A DNA stretch of 20,000 nt from an uncultured virus (IMG/VR IMGVR_UViG_3300043774_000645) (taxonomy: Duplodnaviria > Heunggongvirae > Uroviricota > Caudoviricetes). The notes beneath the pieces were generated by a model. It did not search any database. It saw nothing but the letters and a program-made list of their open reading frames with translations, and was not told the DNA's origin. The DNA lies in the IMG/VR virus record IMGVR_UViG_3300043774_000645; one strand, 5' to 3'. Of this stretch, positions 7,654 through 16,946 are shown piece by piece. Position numbers and translations under genes: made by a program. Each line of letters opens with the position of its first letter. The first letter of the stretch is position 1.

Positions 7654-9024
7654 CTAAACTATAATACCATACAGTTCAAGCTCTTTTTTTGCAGTATCTT
7701 TTGTTATATTGTTTGTACCAGCTAAAACCCAGTTCCACAGAGGTGCCCCTGCACTACCATAGTAATAGTCATAGTTGAAAAATCCAGGTACCTTGTGTTT
7801 TGACCTTTCCAGAATTTCCCTAGAAAAAGGTGTAAGGGTTTTACCAGAGGAAATATGTTTCCAGAACTCTGAATCTGTTCTACCACCTTGATAGTGTATT
7901 ACTAAAAAATCACGTATATCATCATATAGTTTTTGCATACGAGAGTTATATCTTTTTTGACCTACTGGGTCGTATGTTTTTTCCCAGGTATCTGACATAA
8001 ACTCAAAACAAAATGTAACAAGTTGAACTATGGTTGTATGTATTGAGGTTGCTTCTAGTGGTTCTGCAAAAGATGAAGCAAGTCCTAAAGCAAGACAATT
8101 TTTTTCCCAAAGAACATCGCATCTTCCAGACTCAAACTTTATTACTTTTATTGGATCAATTTCATGACCCAGCAATAACTCAACTTCTTTTTGAGCATTT
8201 TCTACAGATATATATTTATCAGAAAAAACATAACCACATCCAATACGACTTGCTGTTGGAATTTGCCACATCCATCCAGCTGACAGTGCGTGAGCTACGG
8301 TTAGTGGCTCTAGATCATCTTTTGGCCTTGGCAAAATAAATGGTATTGCAGTATTGACTGGAAGATTTTCTGAGTAAGAATTCCACTTAACACCTAAAGA
8401 TTTCATTAGTATACGTGAAAATCCTGTACAGTCAATAAAAAAATCTCCAAAAATTTCTTCATTATTTTCTAATATTAAACTTTTTATTGATCCATCTTCT
8501 TTTAGTGTTACTTTATTAATAATTCCATCTATGTGGCTAATTTTGTTTTCTAAAATTTTTTTAAAATGTTTTCCTATAAGAGTTCCATCAAAATGAAGTG
8601 CTGTGACTTCTGTATATTTTTTATCTATAAAGCATTTTCCTAGTTTAGAGGATTCATGCATTCCTTCAGAACCTTTTTGATAGAAGGCAGTTAAAAAATC
8701 AACATCTGGACTAAACTTATGGGTTTCGGTTCCATCTAAAGGTGCATAATAAGAACTTCCATCTCCTGTCCAATTTTTATGTCTAATTCCTAGTTTTAAT
8801 GTTGCATCAGTATTTGCTATAAAGTCAGAAATGTTACTTCCAGTATCAAAAAACTTATTGTTAAGTACACGTGTTAGTAATCTAGTAGAGCCTTCTCCAG
8901 ATCCTATAATTCCTAACTGAGTAGACTCAATTAAAGTTACTCTATGTTTGTTTGGTTGAGAGTTAGCAAAAAAAAGTGCTGCAAGCCATCCAGCAGTTCC
9001 ACCACCAGCAATTACTATGTTCAT
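7654..9024 (-). CDS. Flavin-dependent halogenase (tryptophan halogenase/PrnA-like family)
   Basis: IAGGGTAGW FAD loop, IGSGEGS, ATLKLGI (catalytic Lys position), ALHFD, FIDCTGF, WMWQIP (WxWxIP), FAEPLEATSI, RTDSEFW; SD GAGGT (9031-9035). Confidence 0.9.
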   Translation of the reverse strand: MNIVIAGGGTAGWLAALFFANSQPNKHRVTLIESTQLGIIGSGEGSTRLLTRVLNNKFFDTGSNISDFIANTDATLKLGIRHKNWTGDGSSYYAPLDGTETHKFSPDVDFLTAFYQKGSEGMHESSKLGKCFIDKKYTEVTALHFDGTLIGKHFKKILENKISHIDGIINKVTLKEDGSIKSLILENNEEIFGDFFIDCTGFSRILMKSLGVKWNSYSENLPVNTAIPFILPRPKDDLEPLTVAHALSAGWMWQIPTASRIGCGYVFSDKYISVENAQKEVELLLGHEIDPIKVIKFESGRCDVLWEKNCLALGLASSFAEPLEATSIHTTIVQLVTFCFEFMSDTWEKTYDPVGQKRYNSRMQKLYDDIRDFLVIHYQGGRTDSEFWKHISSGKTLTPFSREILERSKHKVPGFFNYDYYYGSAGAPLWNWVLAGTNNITKDTAKKELELYGIIV

Positions 9025-9037
9025 ATAGTTACCTCAA

Positions 9038-10681
9038 CTACTGAGATGATCTACCTTCGCCTTTTGGATTTCTTCCAGATACTGTTGTAGTACTATCTGA
9101 TGCGTTATTTGTTCTTTCTGCGTCCCTAGATCTATTTCCATTTGCCCTTGAATCTGCAGCCTGCCTTGGACTTAATTCAAGAGGAGAGTCTCCATGTTTT
9201 GCTTGTGGAAGATCAAGAATTTCTCTTGCTTCATTTGGAAGCATTATCTGATTTTTTACATAACGCTCAAGAATTTGAGACTGAGCAATTTCATCAGTAA
9301 GCGTAAGCTCATTAAACCTAAACTCTAAAATATCTGTTTTTTCTTTAATTACTTTGTTAATTATTTTTTCAAGATCTTGTTGTGCTGGACGTGAAACTTG
9401 TTCTTTAAATGTGCGATCTTGAGCTAATGAGCTAGCTGTTGCTCCAGTTTCTGATCCACCAAGTTTAGAGATTGGAACCTGATGAGCAATTAAAATATCA
9501 TCTCTGTTTTGTTTACGATACTCTTTAAATGATCCATCTTGAATTCCATTTTCAATTGGGTCCATCTTAAACTCAACCTTGCTATTTTCAGTATCTCCAG
9601 GAAGTGGTATGTATAGAGTTCTGTGTGATTGTGCTTTAAGTCCCGTTTGTAAAAAGCGAAACATTTTATCTTCTGCATCTGAAGACAACTTTGCACCCTT
9701 TAATGTAATAACATATCTAGGAACAGCTTTATTTTCAAAATAATCAATATTGTATTGTGAAGCAAGTTGATCACCAATAAGCGAAGGAAATGCTGCAACA
9801 ATATCTGGTACACCATAGTATGTATTTAGTGGAGAGTAATCCTTAAAATGAATAATTTCGTTTGGACGTTTATCTTCTGTAAGAGGATTAGAATTTGTTG
9901 CTGAAAAATTTTTAAAGTAAACAACTTTTGGTCCAATAATTTGAACAAATCCATCACGGAGTCTACGAACACGCATTGTTATTGAAGGAATATGTCCAAC
10001 ATATCCAATTTCCCCAGTAACCGTTCTTCCAATTTCTAGGTATCCATTGCCAGTAGACTGTATGTCTGTAAATACTTTTTCCATCGTTCTAGTAAAGCTA
10101 TCATCATCATTAAGGGATTCAAGCCAATCACGCAACTCAAGTTTTGCACGTTCAATTCTTTTACGGGCACGGCCTACTGCATCTGTATTATCATTACTTT
10201 CAAGACTTAAACTTGTTCTATCTGTTACATCAAAACGATATCCAAGACCAACAACATTTTCTACTTTTGCATCAATAGCAGCATGATTAGCAAAAGATGT
10301 GTCATAAAAGTTAGCAAGTTCATATAAATTATATGGTGGAGTAATTACATCAAAAAGACCATAACCATTTCTGTAGACTAAGCCTGGATTAATAGCTTTT
10401 GATCCAGTATCATTAATTCCTTTAGGGTCTGCATTAGCAGAATCTAAATATGATGTTGAAAGTAAATCAATGTTTGCATTTGTAGCAAGATATCCGCTAG
10501 CATTTGATGCTTTGTTTACTTGTCTGGTTACACGACGCTTAAAGTTTTCCTGTATTCCAACCAAGCCTTTAAGTTCATCCCAAGATTTGTTAAAAGGATC
10601 GCTTGCTTTAAATGGGTTTTCTTCTTTTTGATTTGTGTCTAATCTTGCTTGAATATAATCATTGTCATAGTCATTACTCAT
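9038..10681 (-). CDS. Portal protein (HK97/PBSX-type)
   Basis: TGNGYLEIGR, NEIIHFKDYSPLNTYYGVP, YFENKAVP, ILIAHQVPISKLG, MLPNEAREILDLP. Likely start ATG 10681 (SD AAGGA ~10690-10694; overlaps the upstream stop). Confidence 0.92.
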   Translation of the reverse strand: MSNDYDNDYIQARLDTNQKEENPFKASDPFNKSWDELKGLVGIQENFKRRVTRQVNKASNASGYLATNANIDLLSTSYLDSANADPKGINDTGSKAINPGLVYRNGYGLFDVITPPYNLYELANFYDTSFANHAAIDAKVENVVGLGYRFDVTDRTSLSLESNDNTDAVGRARKRIERAKLELRDWLESLNDDDSFTRTMEKVFTDIQSTGNGYLEIGRTVTGEIGYVGHIPSITMRVRRLRDGFVQIIGPKVVYFKNFSATNSNPLTEDKRPNEIIHFKDYSPLNTYYGVPDIVAAFPSLIGDQLASQYNIDYFENKAVPRYVITLKGAKLSSDAEDKMFRFLQTGLKAQSHRTLYIPLPGDTENSKVEFKMDPIENGIQDGSFKEYRKQNRDDILIAHQVPISKLGGSETGATASSLAQDRTFKEQVSRPAQQDLEKIINKVIKEKTDILEFRFNELTLTDEIAQSQILERYVKNQIMLPNEAREILDLPQAKHGDSPLELSPRQAADSRANGNRSRDAERTNNASDSTTTVSGRNPKGEGRSSQ

Positions 10682-11069
10682 CAAATGCATCCTTGCCTGA
10701 CTTATTTAATGTTTGCTGAGCAGCATGCCAAGCACCTAAATCATTCATTGATGGTATAAGTCCAGATTTCATTCTGTCCAATTGCACTGAATGCTCTTCA
10801 TCATCAATTCTTGTTAATCCAGGAACAAAAACTGCTTCTCCGTCACCTTCATCGCCATAATATTTTGCTGCTTGTTTAAGTTCTGCTATTTTTGCTAAAT
10901 CATTACGCATAGACTCTATATTTAATACGTTACCTTCTCCGTCTGTAAACCATTTTCCTGTTGATTTTTTATATACGTAAAGTCCCCAATTGTATTTTTT
11001 TTCAATTACCTGCCTACGTACATTCTTTACAAGAGGTTCGCCAGTTTCTGGGTTAATTAAAGAATTCAT
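10674..11069 (-). CDS. Hypothetical protein upstream of portal (leaderless)
   Basis: 131-aa ORF with a promoter 7 nt upstream of its ATG; overlaps the portal start; no family recognised. Confidence 0.75.
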   Translation of the reverse strand: MNSLINPETGEPLVKNVRRQVIEKKYNWGLYVYKKSTGKWFTDGEGNVLNIESMRNDLAKIAELKQAAKYYGDEGDGEAVFVPGLTRIDDEEHSVQLDRMKSGLIPSMNDLGAWHAAQQTLNKSGKDAFDE

Positions 11070-11076
11070 AAACTTT

Positions 11077-11085
11077 AGTATACCA
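11077..11085 (-). promoter_or_regulatory. Extended -10 promoter TGGTATACT, leaderless configuration
   Basis: TG-G-TATACT, then 7 nt (AAAGTTT), then ATG 11069; no SD. Confidence 0.72.
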
Positions 11086-11087
11086 TA

Positions 11088-14000
11088 TTACACAGGTGTT
11101 TTGACTTGAATCTGCCAAGATGTGTCTTTATATACCTTTATGCTAACAGAGTCAAGCAACATTCCCTGACTATCATCAACAATAATCTTATTGGTTCCAA
11201 TATAAGTTTTGTATATTTCAACAGGATTTGACCCATAAAGATCTACAGTAGACAAGACTAATACACCATTCCAGGTATAGCTATCTAACCAGTACTGCCA
11301 ATCTAAATCATTAGATATATCATTTTTTACTCTTGTCCATGGACGATTTATAGACTTTTGAATTTTTTGGATTCCTGTAGACTGATAGTAGGAAACATTA
11401 TTAAATAAAGCTGAACCAGTTAAATTAATTGATCCAAGATATGAGTTAAAGTTAAGTGATTCTGGGAAAGAAACCGAAAGGACTCCCCATTCATTTTTTG
11501 TTATTCTTGGTTCTCTTACTAAGTTACCATTCCAATAATATGAAATTCCCTGATATTCTTGATTTGTTAATTGACTTCTTGCAACAACTTTTCCACGTGT
11601 TCCGTTAACATTGTCTGATAAAACATAAAACTTTATTGTGTCACCCTTGTAATCTATATCAAATAAAGTTTCTTCTTCTACTGAAAAGAATAAACTATCA
11701 TATCTCATCCATAACTGTATTGCGTTTACTTTATAGTCTAACGCAAGAGAACTATTTATTGGAACAGATATACCACGACTTGTTTGTAAATTAGTTTCAC
11801 CACTTACTTTAATTCCAGAGTCCCTAGTTAAATAAAGATATGGTGTGCTTCCTTTATAAATGTTGAATGGATTTTTTGATTTATAGTCATAATAGACTCC
11901 AGATTGTTTAAATGGAAAAATATTTTGTCCAAATCTAGTTCCAATTGGATTAAATGAGTTATCGTTTAGCGCTTGTGATGCAATTTCTAAATTTTTAATA
12001 GATATTGGATTTTTATTAATTGATGTAGCGTTAAGTTCAATATGGTAAACAATTGCAAGATCATTAAAATTAACTTTTTTGCTTGGGTAAATTATTGTGT
12101 TGTTAATTACCTCAAATTTTGTAGTTTCCCAGTTTTCAAAAGAATCAATATCAATAACTAAACTATTTTCTATTGGTTGAATTGTTGTAAAGAAAGATTC
12201 TAGATTATTTGCTCCATCTTGAATATATTGAAAACTTATATATGTTTTTATTGTTGAGTTTGATGTGTCATATCTATAATTTTCAACTGATCTACTGTTT
12301 AACTCTGCATAGTCTTCCCAATTAGTCAATAGAAAATTATCAAGTTGATCATAAGATTTTTGTATTGGAAAAAGATATTCATTTTTTAGTGTAGAATAAT
12401 TCCAACTAGATACTTGTTCATAGACTGAAACAGTTGATGGTGCTGGAATGTCAATATTAAATTGTAAAAAATCTAAATCATAGTAACTTTTTCCTTTAGA
12501 ATTTGTAACATATTTTGCAAAATAAGATAATGGCATGTAGTCTTCCCAGTATCCATAAGAGTTAATGTCAAGAAAATAGTTATTGTATTTTTCAAATGGA
12601 ACTAGTGTGTAGCTTGCAGTATGATTAATCATTTCATCTACTGAAGCATTAAGGATTATTCCGCTTTGATCAAAATTATCTTTAATTAAATTTGTATTAA
12701 ATTTACTAGATATTCCAAAACTATAAATATTTCCAGTAAATGAGTTTTCTGGGTTGGTATCTCCTGCAATATATATTTCTAGTCCATTTTTATTTCCAAA
12801 AAATGTTGCAACGTTTCCACCAAAATAACTAACTAATTTTTCAATATTTATTCCAGCAATATACTTGTCTCCAGATACTAAACCAGAAAATACTGTGCTT
12901 GGGCTTCCACCCTCTAAAACCTCTTCCCATGATGCTGTATTATAAAATCCAGCGTCTATAACTGTTCCATTATCGTCATAAAAACTTTGATATATAAAAT
13001 CATCATAGATTATTTGTTCTTCTCCATTATAATAGAGAGAGTAATTTATGTGATCCCCTTCTTTTATAACAGAAAAATAATTTTTAGTTATTGAGTTATA
13101 TATTGTAAATAATGTTTCTACAGATGTCATATTTGTTGAACTAAAAATACCATATATAGCAATAGGATCACTATTTATAATATTGAAATTATTAAAATTA
13201 AAGTAAGAATGAACATTGTTCCAAGAATTATTAGGTCTAAATGTTATAAAGTTATTTGCTTCATCCTGTATTTCTTTGTTATCAGAATAAAGATTTTCTA
13301 TTGTTTTTTCTTGTATAGATATATTTGGCAAAGAATATTGTGGAGTAGACAATGATTGAGGGCTTGTTGTTAAATTATCAAAACTTCCTTGTTCCCATTT
13401 TGCAAAATTTGGATATGAATAGTTTGCTGTGTATCCAGAAAATGGGTAATCAATAAAAGTTGAAACTCCACCATATGAAGAATCAATAGATTCTGGAGAT
13501 ATAACAGCTTGTCCATAAACCCATCTTCTTTTTGCTACTGTAATTGGAACTTGGTATGGGTATATAGAAATACAGTCAATTTCAAAAGGATTTATGTCTG
13601 CATAAGAGTAAAATCCTAGCCAATCTTGATCTTTGCCTTCTTCGTCTAATTCATCTGGAAAAGTTAAATCATCAATATTAAAATTAAATGATAAGACTTG
13701 TTCTCCATTTATTAAAAGGGATGCAGTATTTCCTATAAAACGAATGTGAATAAGCATTGGTCTATACCATTCACCAACAAAGTGTGATGCAAAATTATTT
13801 CCAATTGAAAGAGTTAGAAATCCACCGTTTATATATAATCCATCAGTTGATGATATTGGACCAAATATTCTTTTGTCTAAAGATGAGTCTGAGTTAATTC
13901 TTGCCCAAAATTCTACAGTGTAATTATTATATTTTCCTTTATTGTTAAGAAATCCTTTTCCTGGAACAATTAAAGATGCTCCAGAGCTTACATTTAGTTT

Positions 14001-14777
14001 TGTAAGATTTGATGCTCCAAAAACTAATGGTAAGCTTGTATTTCTTGCTAAAAGTCCAAGAGCTGAAAGATAGTATCCTGGAGTATCTTGAATTCCATAA
14101 TTAAAAGATTCTACCCCTTGCATTCCACCATACAAAGATATTGAAGAAGGTAGTTGAATTGTTTGTACTCCAAGAGAAGAAGTATTAAATTCTTCAGACC
14201 ATTGTCCAGCAGTAACACCATTTATATGAAAAATATAGTCATCAGTAGTTGATCCACCGTCTAATGTATTAATTTTTATTACAGCTCTAAAGTTTGTTGT
14301 TTCATCTGGAGTGTCAAAAGTTTCTGATACAAATATCCAAGAATCAAAAACACTTACTTCAAATGTTTTTAGCTCTTGATATACAAGCAATGATGTTGGA
14401 TCCGTGTATTCATAACCTATTGATATTGATTGAGCATAAATGCTATCTATATAAATATATGACCCAATGCAAAAATTTCCATACTGTTCATCAAAAGTTG
14501 AAAAGTTTGCAAGGTTTGGACTAATACAAACTATTTGATTGGTATTTCCAGTTGGAACAGAACCTTTTATAGTTGTAGTTGGACTATCTGTAAATGGCTC
14601 TCCAACAACACCTGCTCCAGAAAATGCAGTTCCACCAGTTACAGTCCATAGATCTTCAACATCTCTTTGTGCTTCCTGTATTAAACTTAAGTAATCTAGT
14701 TTTTCATCTAGTGCCCAAAGACCTAATGGGTGTTCCGCAAACACTTTTTCTGCATACAAATTAGATGAGTTGGACAT
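11088..14777 (-). CDS. Large putative virion structural protein with concanavalin A/LamG-like beta-sandwich domain(s)
   Basis: 1229 aa, Asn/Ser/Tyr/Ile-rich; PLGLWALDE start and YTVEFWARIN...WYRPMLIHIRF...ASLLINGEQV resemble LamG-like domains; SD AAGGAG. Confidence 0.6.
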   Translation of the reverse strand: MSNSSNLYAEKVFAEHPLGLWALDEKLDYLSLIQEAQRDVEDLWTVTGGTAFSGAGVVGEPFTDSPTTTIKGSVPTGNTNQIVCISPNLANFSTFDEQYGNFCIGSYIYIDSIYAQSISIGYEYTDPTSLLVYQELKTFEVSVFDSWIFVSETFDTPDETTNFRAVIKINTLDGGSTTDDYIFHINGVTAGQWSEEFNTSSLGVQTIQLPSSISLYGGMQGVESFNYGIQDTPGYYLSALGLLARNTSLPLVFGASNLTKLNVSSGASLIVPGKGFLNNKGKYNNYTVEFWARINSDSSLDKRIFGPISSTDGLYINGGFLTLSIGNNFASHFVGEWYRPMLIHIRFIGNTASLLINGEQVLSFNFNIDDLTFPDELDEEGKDQDWLGFYSYADINPFEIDCISIYPYQVPITVAKRRWVYGQAVISPESIDSSYGGVSTFIDYPFSGYTANYSYPNFAKWEQGSFDNLTTSPQSLSTPQYSLPNISIQEKTIENLYSDNKEIQDEANNFITFRPNNSWNNVHSYFNFNNFNIINSDPIAIYGIFSSTNMTSVETLFTIYNSITKNYFSVIKEGDHINYSLYYNGEEQIIYDDFIYQSFYDDNGTVIDAGFYNTASWEEVLEGGSPSTVFSGLVSGDKYIAGINIEKLVSYFGGNVATFFGNKNGLEIYIAGDTNPENSFTGNIYSFGISSKFNTNLIKDNFDQSGIILNASVDEMINHTASYTLVPFEKYNNYFLDINSYGYWEDYMPLSYFAKYVTNSKGKSYYDLDFLQFNIDIPAPSTVSVYEQVSSWNYSTLKNEYLFPIQKSYDQLDNFLLTNWEDYAELNSRSVENYRYDTSNSTIKTYISFQYIQDGANNLESFFTTIQPIENSLVIDIDSFENWETTKFEVINNTIIYPSKKVNFNDLAIVYHIELNATSINKNPISIKNLEIASQALNDNSFNPIGTRFGQNIFPFKQSGVYYDYKSKNPFNIYKGSTPYLYLTRDSGIKVSGETNLQTSRGISVPINSSLALDYKVNAIQLWMRYDSLFFSVEEETLFDIDYKGDTIKFYVLSDNVNGTRGKVVARSQLTNQEYQGISYYWNGNLVREPRITKNEWGVLSVSFPESLNFNSYLGSINLTGSALFNNVSYYQSTGIQKIQKSINRPWTRVKNDISNDLDWQYWLDSYTWNGVLVLSTVDLYGSNPVEIYKTYIGTNKIIVDDSQGMLLDSVSIKVYKDTSWQIQVKTPV

Positions 14778-14792
14778 ATTTCTCCTTACCTA

Positions 14793-14801
14793 ATTATAGC
14801 A
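14793..14801 (-). promoter_or_regulatory. Extended -10 promoter TGCTATAAT
   Basis: Perfect TGnTATAAT in a 33-bp spacer; SD AGGAGA starts 6 nt downstream of the -10. Confidence 0.75.
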
Positions 14802-14810
14802 GGCTAAGGA

Positions 14811-16841
14811 TTAATATAGTTTAATTTCACAAGCATCTGTTGAGCAATAGGCTTCACCTTGTGCCTCAAGATTATCAATACCGTCATAAATAGCAGACCA
14901 ATCAATTTTTCCAATTGTGCCAACATATGCATTATATTCTTCTCTTGTAATTTCTGTATATGGCTGTTGTGGATAAGTTTTATTTCCCATTGGAAGAAAT
15001 GAAACTGCCTTTAGCTGTCCTTCATACATATGAAGTGCTGGAGCAATAAACTTAGTTTCTTCTTCTTTATTAAATGACAAAGTTACAGAAACTCCATTAT
15101 CAGACCAATATTTTTGTGCTGTTGCTGCTAAGCCAATTTTTTCAAACAAGCTTACCTCTTTTTCAGATCTTGGGTGTCCTGATGCTACTGGAAAATACAC
15201 TACATCTGTATTTGCTGATACAAGGTCTTTTTCAATTTTATACCCTGCTGCTTTAAATAAATGCATCATTGGATCTGTATTACCAAAACGAATAGCACGT
15301 AAATAAAATGATCCTCCAGGTCCCCAGTGAACTCCAGGGGTTGCACCAGAAAGCAATGAAACTGATCCTGATGGTTTAACTGTTGTTACACGAATTGATT
15401 CACGCACACAAAGCCATTCTGAATATTGTTTGTCGTAGCTGCGAATTTTATTATATCCTTCATCCATCCACTCACGAACAATTGGTAATCCTTTCTGATC
15501 TGCAAAAGATGCAATACCAGTAAGAGAAGTTCCAATACGACGATTGCGCTGCATAATGCCGTTTGTCTGTTGCCAGTGTGTTGGAAGAAGAGTTACAGTC
15601 TTTCCATAAAGATATGCAAACTTTAATGTCTTTAAGAAGTCTTCCTTAGAGTCATGACGATTAAGGTGCACTTCAACAAGAGTGCACAACTCATAACTTT
15701 CTAGTGGTTGTTCAGCACAAGGGTTAAAACCCATTACACGATAATCTTTACCATCTGCTGGATCTGCAAGACGACCATAATTACGAGCAACATCAAGCCA
15801 AATAAAACCTGGCTCTCCATTATCTGAAATTAAATCTACATAGTCTTCATACTTTGTTCCGACTGTTGCAGAAATAGAATTATTAGACATCCAAGCCCAA
15901 CCTGGATTATTTGAATCATAAGAGTTGCGTTCTGGGAATACTTCTGGATTTTTAAGATTAATAAAATCTTTATCTTCAGGAATTCCTAAAGCAAGTGTAG
16001 CTGAACGACGAACATTTCCAGAAACAACGCATGTTCCAATAAGGTTAACAATATCTGTAATTGCACGTGAGTCAAGAAGTTCTCCTGCTCTTCCGCCAAT
16101 TACTTTGTCAATTCTGTTGTGCAAATCAATTAGTGGTTGTGGTCCAGATGCTACTCCACCAAACCCTTTAATTGGTGCACCCAGTGGACGAATTTTAGAA
16201 TAATCAAATTGTTGAATATTTTGGTTTTGACGAAGGTATGAGTTTAATAGCATACGAACTGACTCTACCCAGCCTTCACGGGTATCAGGAATAACATAGG
16301 TATTAACGGGCTCTGTAGGTCCATAGATAAGCATTTCTTTGTCTTGACCTAATGTATCAAAGCCTACTCCAATACCAAGCATAAGGGCATCCATAACCCA
16401 TGAAAATAGTGCTCCTGGGTCATTGCGGTCAATGTCTCTTGTAGATACCATTGCACAGTTTTGAAGTGCAGCAGAGTTTCTTTTTTCCATTGTCATGGGG
16501 GTTCCAAATGTCCACATACCACGACCTGGAGGAGTCCACTTTAATTCAAACATTCTTTGAAATGCTTCTTGTGCAGATTTTTGTGCCTTATTGTCGTTCC
16601 AAGGTAAACGATTTTCTTTTGCATGGTTTTTCTGAACTGAGTACATACCCTCAATTACACGCTTGCAAACCTCATGCCATCTTTCTTTTGTTCCGTCTTC
16701 TTTCATACGAGAATATGTTCTTATAAAGGTAATCTCACCTAACGAGTTTGATCCAGCATCCTGATAACCAAATGGTGCTGGAAGATCTGAGTATTTATTT
16801 ATAAATTCATCTGTTAAGCGAAAAGAAAAGACATCTGACAT
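14811..16841 (-). CDS. nrdJ: Class II adenosylcobalamin-dependent ribonucleotide reductase, monomeric (RTPR-type)
   Basis: RTYSR, PPGRG, LQNC, IPDTREGW, GNVRRSA, GEPG, GFNPCAEQPL (thiyl Cys), ELCTL, TTVKPSGSVS, C-terminal CSTDAC redox pair; SD GAAAGG (16848-16853). Confidence 0.93.
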   Translation of the reverse strand: MSDVFSFRLTDEFINKYSDLPAPFGYQDAGSNSLGEITFIRTYSRMKEDGTKERWHEVCKRVIEGMYSVQKNHAKENRLPWNDNKAQKSAQEAFQRMFELKWTPPGRGMWTFGTPMTMEKRNSAALQNCAMVSTRDIDRNDPGALFSWVMDALMLGIGVGFDTLGQDKEMLIYGPTEPVNTYVIPDTREGWVESVRMLLNSYLRQNQNIQQFDYSKIRPLGAPIKGFGGVASGPQPLIDLHNRIDKVIGGRAGELLDSRAITDIVNLIGTCVVSGNVRRSATLALGIPEDKDFINLKNPEVFPERNSYDSNNPGWAWMSNNSISATVGTKYEDYVDLISDNGEPGFIWLDVARNYGRLADPADGKDYRVMGFNPCAEQPLESYELCTLVEVHLNRHDSKEDFLKTLKFAYLYGKTVTLLPTHWQQTNGIMQRNRRIGTSLTGIASFADQKGLPIVREWMDEGYNKIRSYDKQYSEWLCVRESIRVTTVKPSGSVSLLSGATPGVHWGPGGSFYLRAIRFGNTDPMMHLFKAAGYKIEKDLVSANTDVVYFPVASGHPRSEKEVSLFEKIGLAATAQKYWSDNGVSVTLSFNKEEETKFIAPALHMYEGQLKAVSFLPMGNKTYPQQPYTEITREEYNAYVGTIGKIDWSAIYDGIDNLEAQGEAYCSTDACEIKLY

Positions 16842-16899
16842 TTTAAACCTTTCAAAGTAAAAATAAGTTGAGTACTTTATGTATTCTAAAGTAGTCTTA

Positions 16900-16908
16900 A
16901 GTATAGCA
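16900..16908 (-). promoter_or_regulatory. Extended -10 promoter TGCTATACT for nrdJ
   Basis: TGnTATACT just after a terminator U-tract; predicted transcript begins with a 7-bp hairpin TACTTTA-GAATACA-TAAAGTA (16873-16893). Confidence 0.7.
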
Positions 16909-16914
16909 CAGTTT

Positions 16915-16946
16915 AAAAAACAAAAACACGCTCATAAAGAACGTGT
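16915..16946 (-). terminator. Intrinsic terminator after tail fibre gene
   Basis: Minus-strand ACACGTTC-TTTAT-GAGCGTGT (8-bp stem; the G.U pair forms only on this strand) followed by TTTTGTTTTTT. Confidence 0.8.

Noticed and set aside
8968..8975. A8 homopolymer near the halogenase start as a phase-variation tract
   Set aside because: The ORF is intact, and A/T runs of 7-8 nt are common in this AT-rich window.
9490..9696. 68-aa alternative-frame minus-strand ORF inside the portal
   Set aside because: No RBS or motif support; length is consistent with chance.
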